Of a DNA stretch of 64,000 nt, positions 9,920-19,141 are shown one piece after another (position 1 is the stretch's first letter; the number at the start of each line of letters is the position of its first letter). The stretch comes from an uncultured Candidatus Saccharibacteria bacterium (GTDB lineage: Bacteria > Patescibacteriota > Saccharimonadia > Saccharimonadales > Saccharimonadaceae): contig CAUQHW010000004.1 in NCBI GenBank assembly GCA_963518125.1, forward strand, positions 6,790-70,789, in the 5' to 3' direction. The notes below the pieces were generated by a model. The model was given only the letters and a program-made list of their open reading frames with translations. It ran no database searches and was not told the DNA's origin. A program made the position numbers and the translations under genes.

Positions 9920-10414
9920 ATGGGTAGGCAGACAGGTTTTACAATCGTTGAACTATTAATTGTGATGGTCGTAATCGCGATTTTGGCGGCCATCGGTATT
10001 GTGGCGTATTCAGGCGTGCGCCAGGACGCTACCGATACCAAGATCCGTTCCATTGTCAAGATCGCCGGGGATGCGCTGCAGATATATGACACACAGAAAC
10101 GAACGCTGCCGTCAGGACAGGGGACGTTCAACAACGCTAATAGTGTTGACTCGCTTGTGCCGCAGTATATCCAGCCGGGGTATCGCAAGGGTGTCAGCAG
10201 CAAGAACGCGTCAAATCCAAACGATATTTTTGTTTGGTATCCGTGCAAAGATACCTCTGGCAAGATAACAGGTATTGCGGTATTTGCGGCTCTTAATTCC
10301 GCCAAGCCGCAGGAGTCGGCCCAGGTTAATGCGGTCAAGGCGACCTGCAACATTCCGGGCGCAGCCGTGCCGACCACCGGTAATCCAGCGTATAATTACG
10401 TGCAGACATTTTAG
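9920..10414 (+). CDS. Type IV pilin-like protein (outside the pilus operon)
   Basis: Class III signal G|FTIVELLIVMVVIAILAAI; C-terminal Cys pair. Confidence 0.88.
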   Translation: MGRQTGFTIVELLIVMVVIAILAAIGIVAYSGVRQDATDTKIRSIVKIAGDALQIYDTQKRTLPSGQGTFNNANSVDSLVPQYIQPGYRKGVSSKNASNPNDIFVWYPCKDTSGKITGIAVFAALNSAKPQESAQVNAVKATCNIPGAAVPTTGNPAYNYVQTF

Positions 10415-10466
10415 CAAGTGCGGCTGATTTGCGTTTTTAGCGTAGCATTGGTATAATGACGAGGCT

Positions 10467-10733
10467 ATGATTAGCAAAGACGATAAAGCGAAAGCAATTG
10501 CTTTGACTCAGGTCAACAAGGACGACGTCGGCAGCCCGCAGGCGCAGGTGTCGATCTTGACGGCTCGTATCAAAGAGGTCACAAAGCACCTGAAGGCGAA
10601 TAAGCACGACTTCATGGCACGCCGTGGCTTAATCCAGATGGTTGGCAAGCGTAAGCGCCTGCTCAAATACCTGGAGCGAACTGATTTTGAGAGTTATAAA
10701 GCGGTTGTGGCTGCCCTGGGCCTGCGTAAATAG
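10467..10733 (+). CDS. rpsO: 30S ribosomal protein S15
   Basis: DVGSPQAQV, RRGLIQMVGKRKRLLKYL, LGLRK. Confidence 0.97.
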   Translation: MISKDDKAKAIALTQVNKDDVGSPQAQVSILTARIKEVTKHLKANKHDFMARRGLIQMVGKRKRLLKYLERTDFESYKAVVAALGLRK

Positions 10734-10754
10734 TCGCGCCGGGTAGTTGTACGG

Positions 10755-10789
10755 ATATCCACCTTGATATATCACGAGGTGGGTATTTT
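10755..10789. terminator. Intrinsic terminator after rpsO
   Basis: ATATCCACCTTG...CGAGGTGGGTAT followed by T-tract. Confidence 0.7.
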
Positions 10790-10792
10790 GAT

Positions 10793-11386
10793 TTAACGTG
10801 GCGTGGCTACAAAAACCGTCCGGCCGTCAGCTGCGCCGCCAAGCGTGCATGAATAGAGGGTGAGCTGTGGCTTGTTGGTTCGGTTTTCGATGTGAGCGGC
10901 ATCCGGCTTGACATCAAATAGCCGGGATATGACGTAGGTGTAGCGCTTGCCGCGGTAGTCAATGATTATTTCATCGCCAATGCGCAGCTTATCGATGTTG
11001 TAGAATGGTGATTTTTGAACAGTTTGCTGCGGCGTCAGACCCATGATAAATCGGTGGGCCGACAATACGAAGTTGCCGCCATCAACTGGATTGCCATTCT
11101 CTGGTTGGCGCCACCAGGCACCCCGCTCCATAGTCTCGGCGCCGCCAGTAGCGTACGGCACATTAATATCAATTTTGGGGATGTAGAGACGGTCCTCGGT
11201 GATCTTGGTTTCTGGCGTAGCGGCGAGAAGCCTGGTGGTTTCGTTGCGCGTTGGGTTAATGAGCTGGGCGCGAAAGAATGGGCTAAATGCCGTGATGAGC
11301 GTATAGCCGCCACCAGCGAGCATGATAATAGCCAGACTCATACTGAGCCATCGGCGGCGGTTTTTGGCGTGGGTTATCTGCTTCAC
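10793..11386 (-). CDS. Sortase family transpeptidase
   Basis: N-terminal TM, catalytic His (LSAHR), LTLYSC Cys motif, downstream Arg. Confidence 0.9.
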   Translation of the reverse strand: MKQITHAKNRRRWLSMSLAIIMLAGGGYTLITAFSPFFRAQLINPTRNETTRLLAATPETKITEDRLYIPKIDINVPYATGGAETMERGAWWRQPENGNPVDGGNFVLSAHRFIMGLTPQQTVQKSPFYNIDKLRIGDEIIIDYRGKRYTYVISRLFDVKPDAAHIENRTNKPQLTLYSCTLGGAADGRTVFVATPR

Positions 11387-11509
11387 TTGTTAATTGTAGC
11401 ATGGGCGGGGTCAGCCTAGCAGCATGGGCCGTTGTTTTATCGGGGTGAGCCGATCTGTTCGATGGGGTGCTGATTGACTTTTTATAGTTTTTATGCTAAA
11501 TTACAGAGT

Positions 11510-12130
11510 ATGAATGAATACGCGCCGCGGGCTGATAAATTACCGCCAGATGTGGCTAAACAAGCGGCAAGAGTCAGTGAAGTTGTGGCTGCTGTTAAGA
11601 AGCAGATTGGTCCGGATGGGGGACGATTAAGTGATGGCCCGCTGCATCTTGAGAGGTTGGAAGAGCTGAGTGCTGATGATCATAGCCCAAGGTTTACGAA
11701 TGCGGATGACTTTTGGAAAAACGGTATGGATCCGTCGCAAGCAAATCCGTCACAAGACGGCTCTGATACGTCTGAAAAACTGCCGAGTAGCTTTGTCAAT
11801 AATTTTTGGCAGTACTTTTTTCCGGATAAAATGTTTGAGAAGGATGAGCTGTTGGGCTCGGTTGTGCTAAGCAAACCACCGCGACAACGGTTGAAGCTGG
11901 CGGGAGGAGAACTCCTCACATCGGTTCAGCAGCTGTTTGGGATGTTATTTGAGGATACCAATATTGATAGTCACAAACTTGCTACCCTGGAGTCAGCAGC
12001 TGGCGAAGAGCACCTTACCGATCTTAAGGAGGCAATGTTTATGCTCTATGTGCTGGCACTACATACGGTTACTCAACAAAATGTTATTGAGGCTGAGTGC
12101 TCAAGTGCGCATGAGTATTTGTGCAAATAG
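11510..12130 (+). CDS. Orphan hypothetical protein
   Basis: ~206-aa ORF behind TTGACT (11474)-N17-TAAATT promoter. Confidence 0.65.
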   Translation: MNEYAPRADKLPPDVAKQAARVSEVVAAVKKQIGPDGGRLSDGPLHLERLEELSADDHSPRFTNADDFWKNGMDPSQANPSQDGSDTSEKLPSSFVNNFWQYFFPDKMFEKDELLGSVVLSKPPRQRLKLAGGELLTSVQQLFGMLFEDTNIDSHKLATLESAAGEEHLTDLKEAMFMLYVLALHTVTQQNVIEAECSSAHEYLCK

Positions 12131-12139
12131 GAGTTCGGT

Positions 12140-12931
12140 ATGGTAAGAAATATGAATGCAGAGCCATCAAGGATAAGTCGGCGCGGTCTGTTGTTTGGTG
12201 CGGCTGGAGCAGTGGCGGCTACGGCTGGTGGGCTGCTTATGAACCGTGGCGATGAAAGTCAACGGATACTATCGGTAGAGACGAATGCCTCGAAGCTTGA
12301 CCTTGAAGGGGCGTGTGAGATATATGGTCAAGCCCGTGACATGTTTCGGCGATGTATTGAGGGTGCACCTGTGTTTACGAGCGAAATGCCGCCGATATTA
12401 CCACCACCCGCATCGGTATCTGTCTCTCGAGGCGGAGGTAAGCGCGGTTTTATGACGGGGAGTGCGCTACTGCGTAAGGCCGGTCATTCTGAGCGAGCAG
12501 TGATAGGCACGGGAGTCTCTTCGGATTTGGGTGATGATAGTAGGGTGCGCGTAGCCGTCGCGTTTGAATTGTTGTCAGGTAAGCCCGAAGCTAAGATCGC
12601 TGAGCTGATGGCGGTTTGGGGAGTATCGAGGCGAGGGTTACCGACAGAACGTGCCTTTCGGGATATACTGTATGAAATTGATCCGGAAGAGCTGATGCTA
12701 TCCTTTGTGCCAGTATCTCAGAGGCAACCGACAGCGCCAACTAGTGAGCAGCCGTATGAGTGGACTGCTATGCTGCCGGGAATGGAGAGTTTTAATGTGA
12801 TACAACAAGTCATTGGTGCGGCTGGCGGTAGCTCACCGGAAGTGTTGTTACCAACGCCAAAGGTTTTGGACCGAGTAAGTGAGCAGCTCGCTGCGGTTCG
12901 GGATGCGTTTGGTCGGGCCGGCTTCCTATAA
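12140..12931 (+). CDS. Hypothetical exported/membrane protein with twin-arginine-like N-terminus
   Basis: SRRGLLFGAAGAVAA; AGGAG RBS. Confidence 0.65.
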   Translation: MVRNMNAEPSRISRRGLLFGAAGAVAATAGGLLMNRGDESQRILSVETNASKLDLEGACEIYGQARDMFRRCIEGAPVFTSEMPPILPPPASVSVSRGGGKRGFMTGSALLRKAGHSERAVIGTGVSSDLGDDSRVRVAVAFELLSGKPEAKIAELMAVWGVSRRGLPTERAFRDILYEIDPEELMLSFVPVSQRQPTAPTSEQPYEWTAMLPGMESFNVIQQVIGAAGGSSPEVLLPTPKVLDRVSEQLAAVRDAFGRAGFL

Positions 12932-12973
12932 AGCATGCGGCCCTGTGATATAATAGAAAGTGCGAATATAACC

Positions 12974-13043
12974 CGCAGACGGTGATGGATGTGTGGTGTG
13001 TTGATAGTAAACCAGCACGCATACACCTGTTACTGTCTTTGCG
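12974..13043 (+). promoter_or_regulatory. Long stem-loop in pnp 5' UTR
   Basis: AGACGGTGATGG/CTGTTACTGTCT and GTGTGTTG/CAGCACGC arms, downstream of TATAAT 12949. Confidence 0.7.
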
Positions 13044-13058
13044 AGAAAGAGAGGATCT

Positions 13059-15176
13059 ATGGCAATTATTAACCCGAGCGGCAAGGAGATTTTTAGCGTT
13101 ACCACCGAGCTGTGCGGCCGGCCGCTAACGCTGGAGGTCAACCGTGTTGGTTTTCGGACGACTGGTAGCGTGCTGGTGCGCTATGGCGATACGGTGGTGC
13201 TGGGCAGTGCTCAGGTAGGTAGCCGGCCGGTGCAGCTAGATTATTTCCCACTGTCGATTGATTATGAAGAACGGTTTTATGCGGCGGGTAAAATTTCTGG
13301 CTCGCGGTTTATCAAGCGCGAAGGCCGGCCGAGCGACGAGGCGGTGCTAATCGGCCGGTTGATTGACCGTCCGATTCGGCCGCTGTTCCCGAAAGGATAT
13401 CGCCAAGAAGTGCAAGTGGTGGCGACGGTGCTGAGCATGGATCCGGATTTCCGTCCGGATGTGGTGGCGATGATTGCGGCGTCGAGCGCTTTGATGCTGA
13501 CCGGCACGCCGTTTGACGGACCGGTGGCGGGCTTGCGGGTGGGCCGCGTGAATGGCGAGTTTAAGGCCTTTTTGACGCCCGAGGAACGCGAACAATCTGA
13601 TTTGGATTTGGTGGTGGCGGGTATCGAGAGTGGCATCACCATGGTGGAGGCTGGAGCCAAGGAAGTATCAGAAGAGGTGATCGTCGACGCCATGGCTTGG
13701 GCGCACCAGATGATGCAGCCGGCGATTGCTTTGCAGCAGGAATTGGCAGCCAAAGTTGCGCCAGCCGCGCAAGAATATGAATTGGTTTTGCCGGACGAAA
13801 CAATTCAGCAGACGGCTGATGCGTGGGTTGATGGCAAGCTGGGCGAGAAAATTCGCCGGCCGTATCCGGAGCGCAACGAGGTGGTCAATGAGATTCGCTG
13901 GGCATTCCACGAAGCGATGGCCGAACAGCTGGGCTTGGGCGCTGAGGACTACGAGAATGTACGCGATGAGTACGATGAAGCATTTACCTTGGCGTTGCAT
14001 AACGATGTTCGCCGCGGTATCGTCGAGGACGGCAAGCGCCCGGATGGCCGCGCTTTGACGGAAATCCGGCCTTTAAGCTCAGAGGTTGGTTTGCTGCCGC
14101 GAGCGCACGGTTCGAGCCTGTTTACCCGCGGCGTGACCCAGGGTATGAATATTGTCACCTTGGCACCGCTGAGTTACGCGCAGCTGGTTGATACTATGGA
14201 GGTCAACGACGGCGAGCGGCGCTATATGCATCATTACAATGCGCCAGGTTATACGGTTGGCGAGGTTAAGCGGATGGGCAGTCCAGGCCGGCGCGAAATT
14301 GGTCACGGCTACTTGGCGGAACGAGCCTTGACGCCAGTGCTGCCGAGTGAAGAAGACTTCCCATACGCTATTCGTAGCGTCACTGAAATTATGAGCCAAA
14401 ACGGTTCGACGTCGATGGCAGCGACCTGTTCAAGCTGTCTGGCGCTGATGGATGCTGGCGTGCCCTTGACGGCGCCGGTTAGCGGCATTGCCATGGGTTT
14501 AATGATGGACGGTGATACGCCGTACGTACTGAGTGATATTGCCGATGCCGAGGACTTTGCCGGCGATATGGATTTCAAGGTGACTGGTACAGCCAAGGGT
14601 ATCACGGCGCTGCAGATGGATATGAAAGTGCATGGCTTGCCGGTGGCGGTGCTGCGTCAAGCGATTGAGCAGAGCAAAGCTGGCCGGGCATTTATCCTTG
14701 ACCATATGCTAAGTATTTTGCCAGCGCCGCGTGAAGCACTCAGCCCGTACGCGCCGCGGATTGAAAAGCTAAAAATTGATCCAGATAAAATCGGCGCTGT
14801 GATCGGCAAGGGCGGCGAGGTGATTAACAAGATTACTAGCGAAACTGGTGCTGAGGTTGATATCAAGGAAGACGGCTTGATTACCATAGCCAGTCCGAAC
14901 GGCGAATCAATTGAGAAGGCGCTTACTTGGATTAAGAGCTTGGTCGAAGAGCCAGAAGTTGGCAAAATCTATGAGGGCAAGGTGGTCAGCATCAAAGATT
15001 TTGGAGCGTTTGTGAATATTCTGCCAGGAGTTGACGGGATGGTGCATATTTCTAAGTTGGCCGATCACCGCGTGGCTAAGGTGACTGATGTGGTCAAGGA
15101 AGGACAGATGGTTCGAGTAAAAATTACCGGCATTGATGAGCGGGGCAAGATTAACTTAACGATGATCGGGTTGTAA
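13059..15176 (+). CDS. pnp: Polyribonucleotide nucleotidyltransferase
   Basis: Two RNase PH domains (RLIDRPIRPLF, RREIGHG, GDMDFKVTG), KH and S1 domains. Confidence 0.98.
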   Translation: MAIINPSGKEIFSVTTELCGRPLTLEVNRVGFRTTGSVLVRYGDTVVLGSAQVGSRPVQLDYFPLSIDYEERFYAAGKISGSRFIKREGRPSDEAVLIGRLIDRPIRPLFPKGYRQEVQVVATVLSMDPDFRPDVVAMIAASSALMLTGTPFDGPVAGLRVGRVNGEFKAFLTPEEREQSDLDLVVAGIESGITMVEAGAKEVSEEVIVDAMAWAHQMMQPAIALQQELAAKVAPAAQEYELVLPDETIQQTADAWVDGKLGEKIRRPYPERNEVVNEIRWAFHEAMAEQLGLGAEDYENVRDEYDEAFTLALHNDVRRGIVEDGKRPDGRALTEIRPLSSEVGLLPRAHGSSLFTRGVTQGMNIVTLAPLSYAQLVDTMEVNDGERRYMHHYNAPGYTVGEVKRMGSPGRREIGHGYLAERALTPVLPSEEDFPYAIRSVTEIMSQNGSTSMAATCSSCLALMDAGVPLTAPVSGIAMGLMMDGDTPYVLSDIADAEDFAGDMDFKVTGTAKGITALQMDMKVHGLPVAVLRQAIEQSKAGRAFILDHMLSILPAPREALSPYAPRIEKLKIDPDKIGAVIGKGGEVINKITSETGAEVDIKEDGLITIASPNGESIEKALTWIKSLVEEPEVGKIYEGKVVSIKDFGAFVNILPGVDGMVHISKLADHRVAKVTDVVKEGQMVRVKITGIDERGKINLTMIGL

Positions 15177-15234
15177 CTTTTGCTTTTTAGCAAAATACGA
15201 TACAATGAGAATGTAAGAGTAATTGAGGGGGATT

Positions 15235-16113
15235 ATGGACGACAAGAATAATAAGAACGTACCACAACCGACAGCAACATCGCCCGTGGCGACCGAGCAG
15301 ACTGCTCCGGCGCCCTCGCAGCCAGTACCACCGGTGCCGCAACCACAGCAGCCACTGCAGCAAGGTGTACCGGTGCAGCCCAAGAAAGGGTTGAGCAAGG
15401 GCGCGCTATGGGGTATCATTGGCGGTTCAATAGGTTTGATAGTTATCGTGGTTGGCATTGTGCTGGCTGTTATATTCCTTGGTGGGCCATCAAAAGCCGA
15501 CTACCAAGAAGCTGCTAAGACACTGAAGGAGTTTGACGGTAACAGCCTCAACTCGGCACTCAAGTCGTCGAATGCTGATAACGCAAAGAAGCTGATTGAA
15601 GAGGCGGTGGGACGTGCTGATTTGATGATGAAGAAGCTTGATTCATCGAAGATTATGCGCGACGAGGAGACCAAAAAATCCTTTGACGAGTACAAGACTG
15701 CCTATGAAAAGGTGCGCCCAAATATGCTTGCCATTGCCAGTCTGATAGGAGATATGAAAGACTTCTCCAAGAAGTGTTCACCGAGCTATTTTAGCTATAT
15801 CGGTAAGCCAGCAGATGAAGTTAGGAAGCTCTACGATGAAAAAATGAGTGGCTGCTATCAGTTACTTGATAACATTATCAAATCAGAGCAAAAAGAAGTG
15901 CAGGACTTTGGTAAGCAGATGAAAGAGTATTACAAGGCGTTAGGTGATTTCTTTGTAGCACGCGCCAATAAAGATTACAGTGTTCAGGCACCGCGCCTGT
16001 CGTCAGGCAGGTCAAACCCGCTATCCAATTTTGCCAAGAAAATCCAAGAATCAAATTTGCAGAAGCACGAGAAAGACTTCGTCAACCTGGTGAAAGAAAA
16101 AGCTGAAAAGTAA
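15235..16113 (+). CDS. Membrane-anchored hypothetical protein (Pro/Gln-rich N-terminus, TM, helical ectodomain)
   Basis: ORF composition; GAGGGG RBS; followed by a terminator. Confidence 0.8.
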   Translation: MDDKNNKNVPQPTATSPVATEQTAPAPSQPVPPVPQPQQPLQQGVPVQPKKGLSKGALWGIIGGSIGLIVIVVGIVLAVIFLGGPSKADYQEAAKTLKEFDGNSLNSALKSSNADNAKKLIEEAVGRADLMMKKLDSSKIMRDEETKKSFDEYKTAYEKVRPNMLAIASLIGDMKDFSKKCSPSYFSYIGKPADEVRKLYDEKMSGCYQLLDNIIKSEQKEVQDFGKQMKEYYKALGDFFVARANKDYSVQAPRLSSGRSNPLSNFAKKIQESNLQKHEKDFVNLVKEKAEK

Positions 16114-16133
16114 TTTTCGCTTCAGTATCAAGC

Positions 16134-16163
16134 AAAACACCTCGCATAGTGACGAGGTGTTTT
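16134..16163 (+). terminator. Intrinsic terminator
   Basis: AAAACACCTCG-catagtga-CGAGGTGTTTT. Confidence 0.85.
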
Positions 16164-16176
16164 GTATAATAGAAAT

Positions 16177-16755
16177 ATGGATGAGGCAGCGCGACTGGAG
16201 GTTTTAGCGGCAGAGATTATCGCTGGTGATGTTTGTCATGACTTGGCGCTACAGGCAACGCAGCTGGTGATGGGCGACGGTCGAGCTGACGCGGACATTG
16301 TATTTATCGGTGAAGCACCAGGAAAAAATGAAGACCTTCAGGGCAAACCATTCGTTGGGGCAGCTGGTACATTTCTTGACGAGATGTTAGCCGCAGCCCA
16401 GTTGCACCGTCAAGATGTCTACATTACCAATATCGTTAAGTATCGCCCGCCAAACAACCGTGATCCGCTACCAGAAGAGAAGCGTGCTTTTTGGCCGTAT
16501 CTGATGCGTCAACTGCAAATTATTCAGCCAAAGGTAGTCATCACATTGGGTCGGCATAGCGGCATGGCATTCATTCCTGACTTGGCGATCTCGCGTGATC
16601 ATGGCAATCCGCGCTGGGCGCAGTTCAACGGTTTGAAGTTCTTGGTGATCCCACTGTATCATCCGGCAGCAGCGCTGTATAATGGAGCATTACGGCAGAC
16701 GTTAATTGACGATTTTGTGCGGGCGGCGCAATTGGCCGCCCAGGCGAGCGCCTGA
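16177..16755 (+). CDS. Uracil-DNA glycosylase, family 4-like
   Basis: FIGEAPG, GKPFVGAAG, YHPAAALY motifs. Confidence 0.93.
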   Translation: MDEAARLEVLAAEIIAGDVCHDLALQATQLVMGDGRADADIVFIGEAPGKNEDLQGKPFVGAAGTFLDEMLAAAQLHRQDVYITNIVKYRPPNNRDPLPEEKRAFWPYLMRQLQIIQPKVVITLGRHSGMAFIPDLAISRDHGNPRWAQFNGLKFLVIPLYHPAAALYNGALRQTLIDDFVRAAQLAAQASA

Positions 16756-16898
16756 GCTATTTTTGACAAGAGCTGGCACCCCGTGCTATAATGGACGCAA
16801 TTGTTAGGGGATAGATTTGTCGTACGTTGCCCCCGTGTCTATCGCCTGTCATTCTAATTTTGCAAGGTATTTATTTTTATAAAAGGAGAACAATACGC

Positions 16899-19070
16899 AT
16901 GGGCCAGAGACGACTTGCGACGCCGAAGGGCGATGATCAGTCAAAACGACCAGCTACAAAAAAAAGTAATACGGCGGTGATGAATAGCACCACCACTCGC
17001 AAAGGCGAGGTGTTTCGGGCGCAGCGGCGGACGAGCGAGAATGTCAATCTCAGGGCGTCGCAGCACGTGATCGATATACCGGTTAATAAGTCGGTTTATA
17101 ACGGCTATGGCGGTGAGCAATTTAGTGCCAAAATGCAGCCAAAACGGACTCGTGGCGGCCAGCCAAAACTACGAATTATCCCAATCGGCGGTGTCGGCGA
17201 AATGGGCATCGGTAAAAATATGAACGCCATTGAGTATGACGATGAAATTATCGTTGTGGATATGGGCTTTTTGTTTCCAGGTAGTGATTATCCAGGCATC
17301 AACTACATTACGCCAGACATCACCTGGCTAGAAGAAAATAAGCACAAGATTAAGGCGCATGTGTTTACTCACGGACACCTTGATCACATCGGTTCTTTCC
17401 GGCACTTTATTCACCGGATTCCGGCACCAGTGTATGGGTCAAAGTTCACCATTGGTATGCTCGATAAGTCGATGGCTGATGCGGATACCGATTTTCAGCC
17501 AGACTTTCGAGTAATGGACCCATTGAGCCACGAAGTTGTTCAAGTGTCGAAGCATTTTTCGGTAGAATTGGTGCGGGTGAATCACTCGATTCCAGATTCA
17601 ACGGCGGTGGTGATCCGGACGCCGCTGGGTGTGGTGATTGACTCTGGTGACTGGCGGTTTGAGGAAAGTCCGGTTGACGGCCAAAAGTTTGATCTTGAGC
17701 GTATGACAGAAATCGCCGCCAAAGAGGGCGTGTTGATGTTCATGAACGAATCGACCAACTGTGAATCAGAGGGGACGCACACGCACACCGAGTTTGATAT
17801 TCAATATTCCATCGGTCAGGTGATGGATAAATTTAGTAACAGCCGGGTGATTTTAAGCTGTTTTTCATCACAGGTGCACCGCTTGCAATTGATTTTGGAG
17901 GAAGCGCATAAGCACGGGCGTAAGGTGGCGTTTGCTGGCTTTTCAATGATTCAGAACTTGGAAGTAGCGCTGCGCTCAGGTACTATCAAGATCCCCAAAG
18001 ATACCGTCATGAAGATGGAGGACATCATCAAGCTGCCGGATAGCCAAATCACAGTGGTTTGTACTGGTTCGCAGGGTGAGTTTAATGCCGTGTTGAGCCG
18101 TATGGCGACTGGCGCGCATAAATACATGAAGATCAAGGGCTCTGATGTGGTGGTGTTTAGCTCCAATCCGATTCCGGGCAATGAGAAAAATGTGGTGCGA
18201 ACAGTGGACGGCTTGATGCGTGAAGGTTCTGATGTGATTCAGAACGGCAAGACACACTTGACGGGGATTGGACCGCTGCACTTGTCGGGCCATGGCTACT
18301 ACGATGATCACATTAAGCTGATTAATGCCTTGAACCCGACGTACTATATGCCAATTCACGGCGAGTTCCATATGCTGGTGCATAATGCTCGGTTAGCAGA
18401 GAAAGAGTGCGGTATTCCTAGGAAGAATATCTTTGTGTGTGATGCCGGTGATATTATTGAAATTGATATTGAACGCCAAGCCAAGAAAGCCGGTCGGATT
18501 CAGGTTGGTGGTGTGATGTATGATGATACGGGCGCTATCGTTTCCGAGGTGGTATTGAAAGACCGCATTCACATGTCTCAAGAGGGCATGTTTGTGGTGG
18601 TGTTGACGGTACAGCGTGGCACGGGACGGTTACTGACCAGCCCAGACATTATTTCCCGCGGCTTCATCTATCTGCGTGATTCCGAGGAATTGATGAATAT
18701 GATCCGCCAGTACTTGAAACAGAAGGCAGCACGTAGTTTTGCTGGCAAGTATGACCTTGACGTAGTGAAGAAGGAGATTAAGGACGAAGTCACGCATATT
18801 TTGTATGACCAGACGCGCCGGACGCCAATTGTCATCCCGGTGATTAATGAAGTGGGCGGCTTGAAGACAGTAAAATCGACTGCCACTTCGAATACTTCTA
18901 TCGTAAAGACGCCGCCAGTACGTGGCAAGAAACCTGCGGCTACTTCAGCGGCGGAACCGAAAATGACGCTACCAACTATGCCGCGTCGCCGTTTCCCGCG
19001 TCGCCAAGTGCCAGACACTGAGGCAAATGATACCAAGGCCCGGGAGGTTGGCCGAGTACGCGCGTACTAG
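16899..19070 (+). CDS. rnj: Ribonuclease J with N- and C-terminal extensions
   Basis: THGHLDHIG MBL motif, HSIPD, GSQGE, HLSGH, PIHGE; AAGGAG RBS before ATG 16899. Confidence 0.96.
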   Translation: MGQRRLATPKGDDQSKRPATKKSNTAVMNSTTTRKGEVFRAQRRTSENVNLRASQHVIDIPVNKSVYNGYGGEQFSAKMQPKRTRGGQPKLRIIPIGGVGEMGIGKNMNAIEYDDEIIVVDMGFLFPGSDYPGINYITPDITWLEENKHKIKAHVFTHGHLDHIGSFRHFIHRIPAPVYGSKFTIGMLDKSMADADTDFQPDFRVMDPLSHEVVQVSKHFSVELVRVNHSIPDSTAVVIRTPLGVVIDSGDWRFEESPVDGQKFDLERMTEIAAKEGVLMFMNESTNCESEGTHTHTEFDIQYSIGQVMDKFSNSRVILSCFSSQVHRLQLILEEAHKHGRKVAFAGFSMIQNLEVALRSGTIKIPKDTVMKMEDIIKLPDSQITVVCTGSQGEFNAVLSRMATGAHKYMKIKGSDVVVFSSNPIPGNEKNVVRTVDGLMREGSDVIQNGKTHLTGIGPLHLSGHGYYDDHIKLINALNPTYYMPIHGEFHMLVHNARLAEKECGIPRKNIFVCDAGDIIEIDIERQAKKAGRIQVGGVMYDDTGAIVSEVVLKDRIHMSQEGMFVVVLTVQRGTGRLLTSPDIISRGFIYLRDSEELMNMIRQYLKQKAARSFAGKYDLDVVKKEIKDEVTHILYDQTRRTPIVIPVINEVGGLKTVKSTATSNTSIVKTPPVRGKKPAATSAAEPKMTLPTMPRRRFPRRQVPDTEANDTKAREVGRVRAY

Positions 19071-19141
19071 CTTACGTTTGCTATTTGTTGTAAAATATGC
19101 TACAATGTGAACGTTGGTAAAGTGATATAATAAAAACAGTT

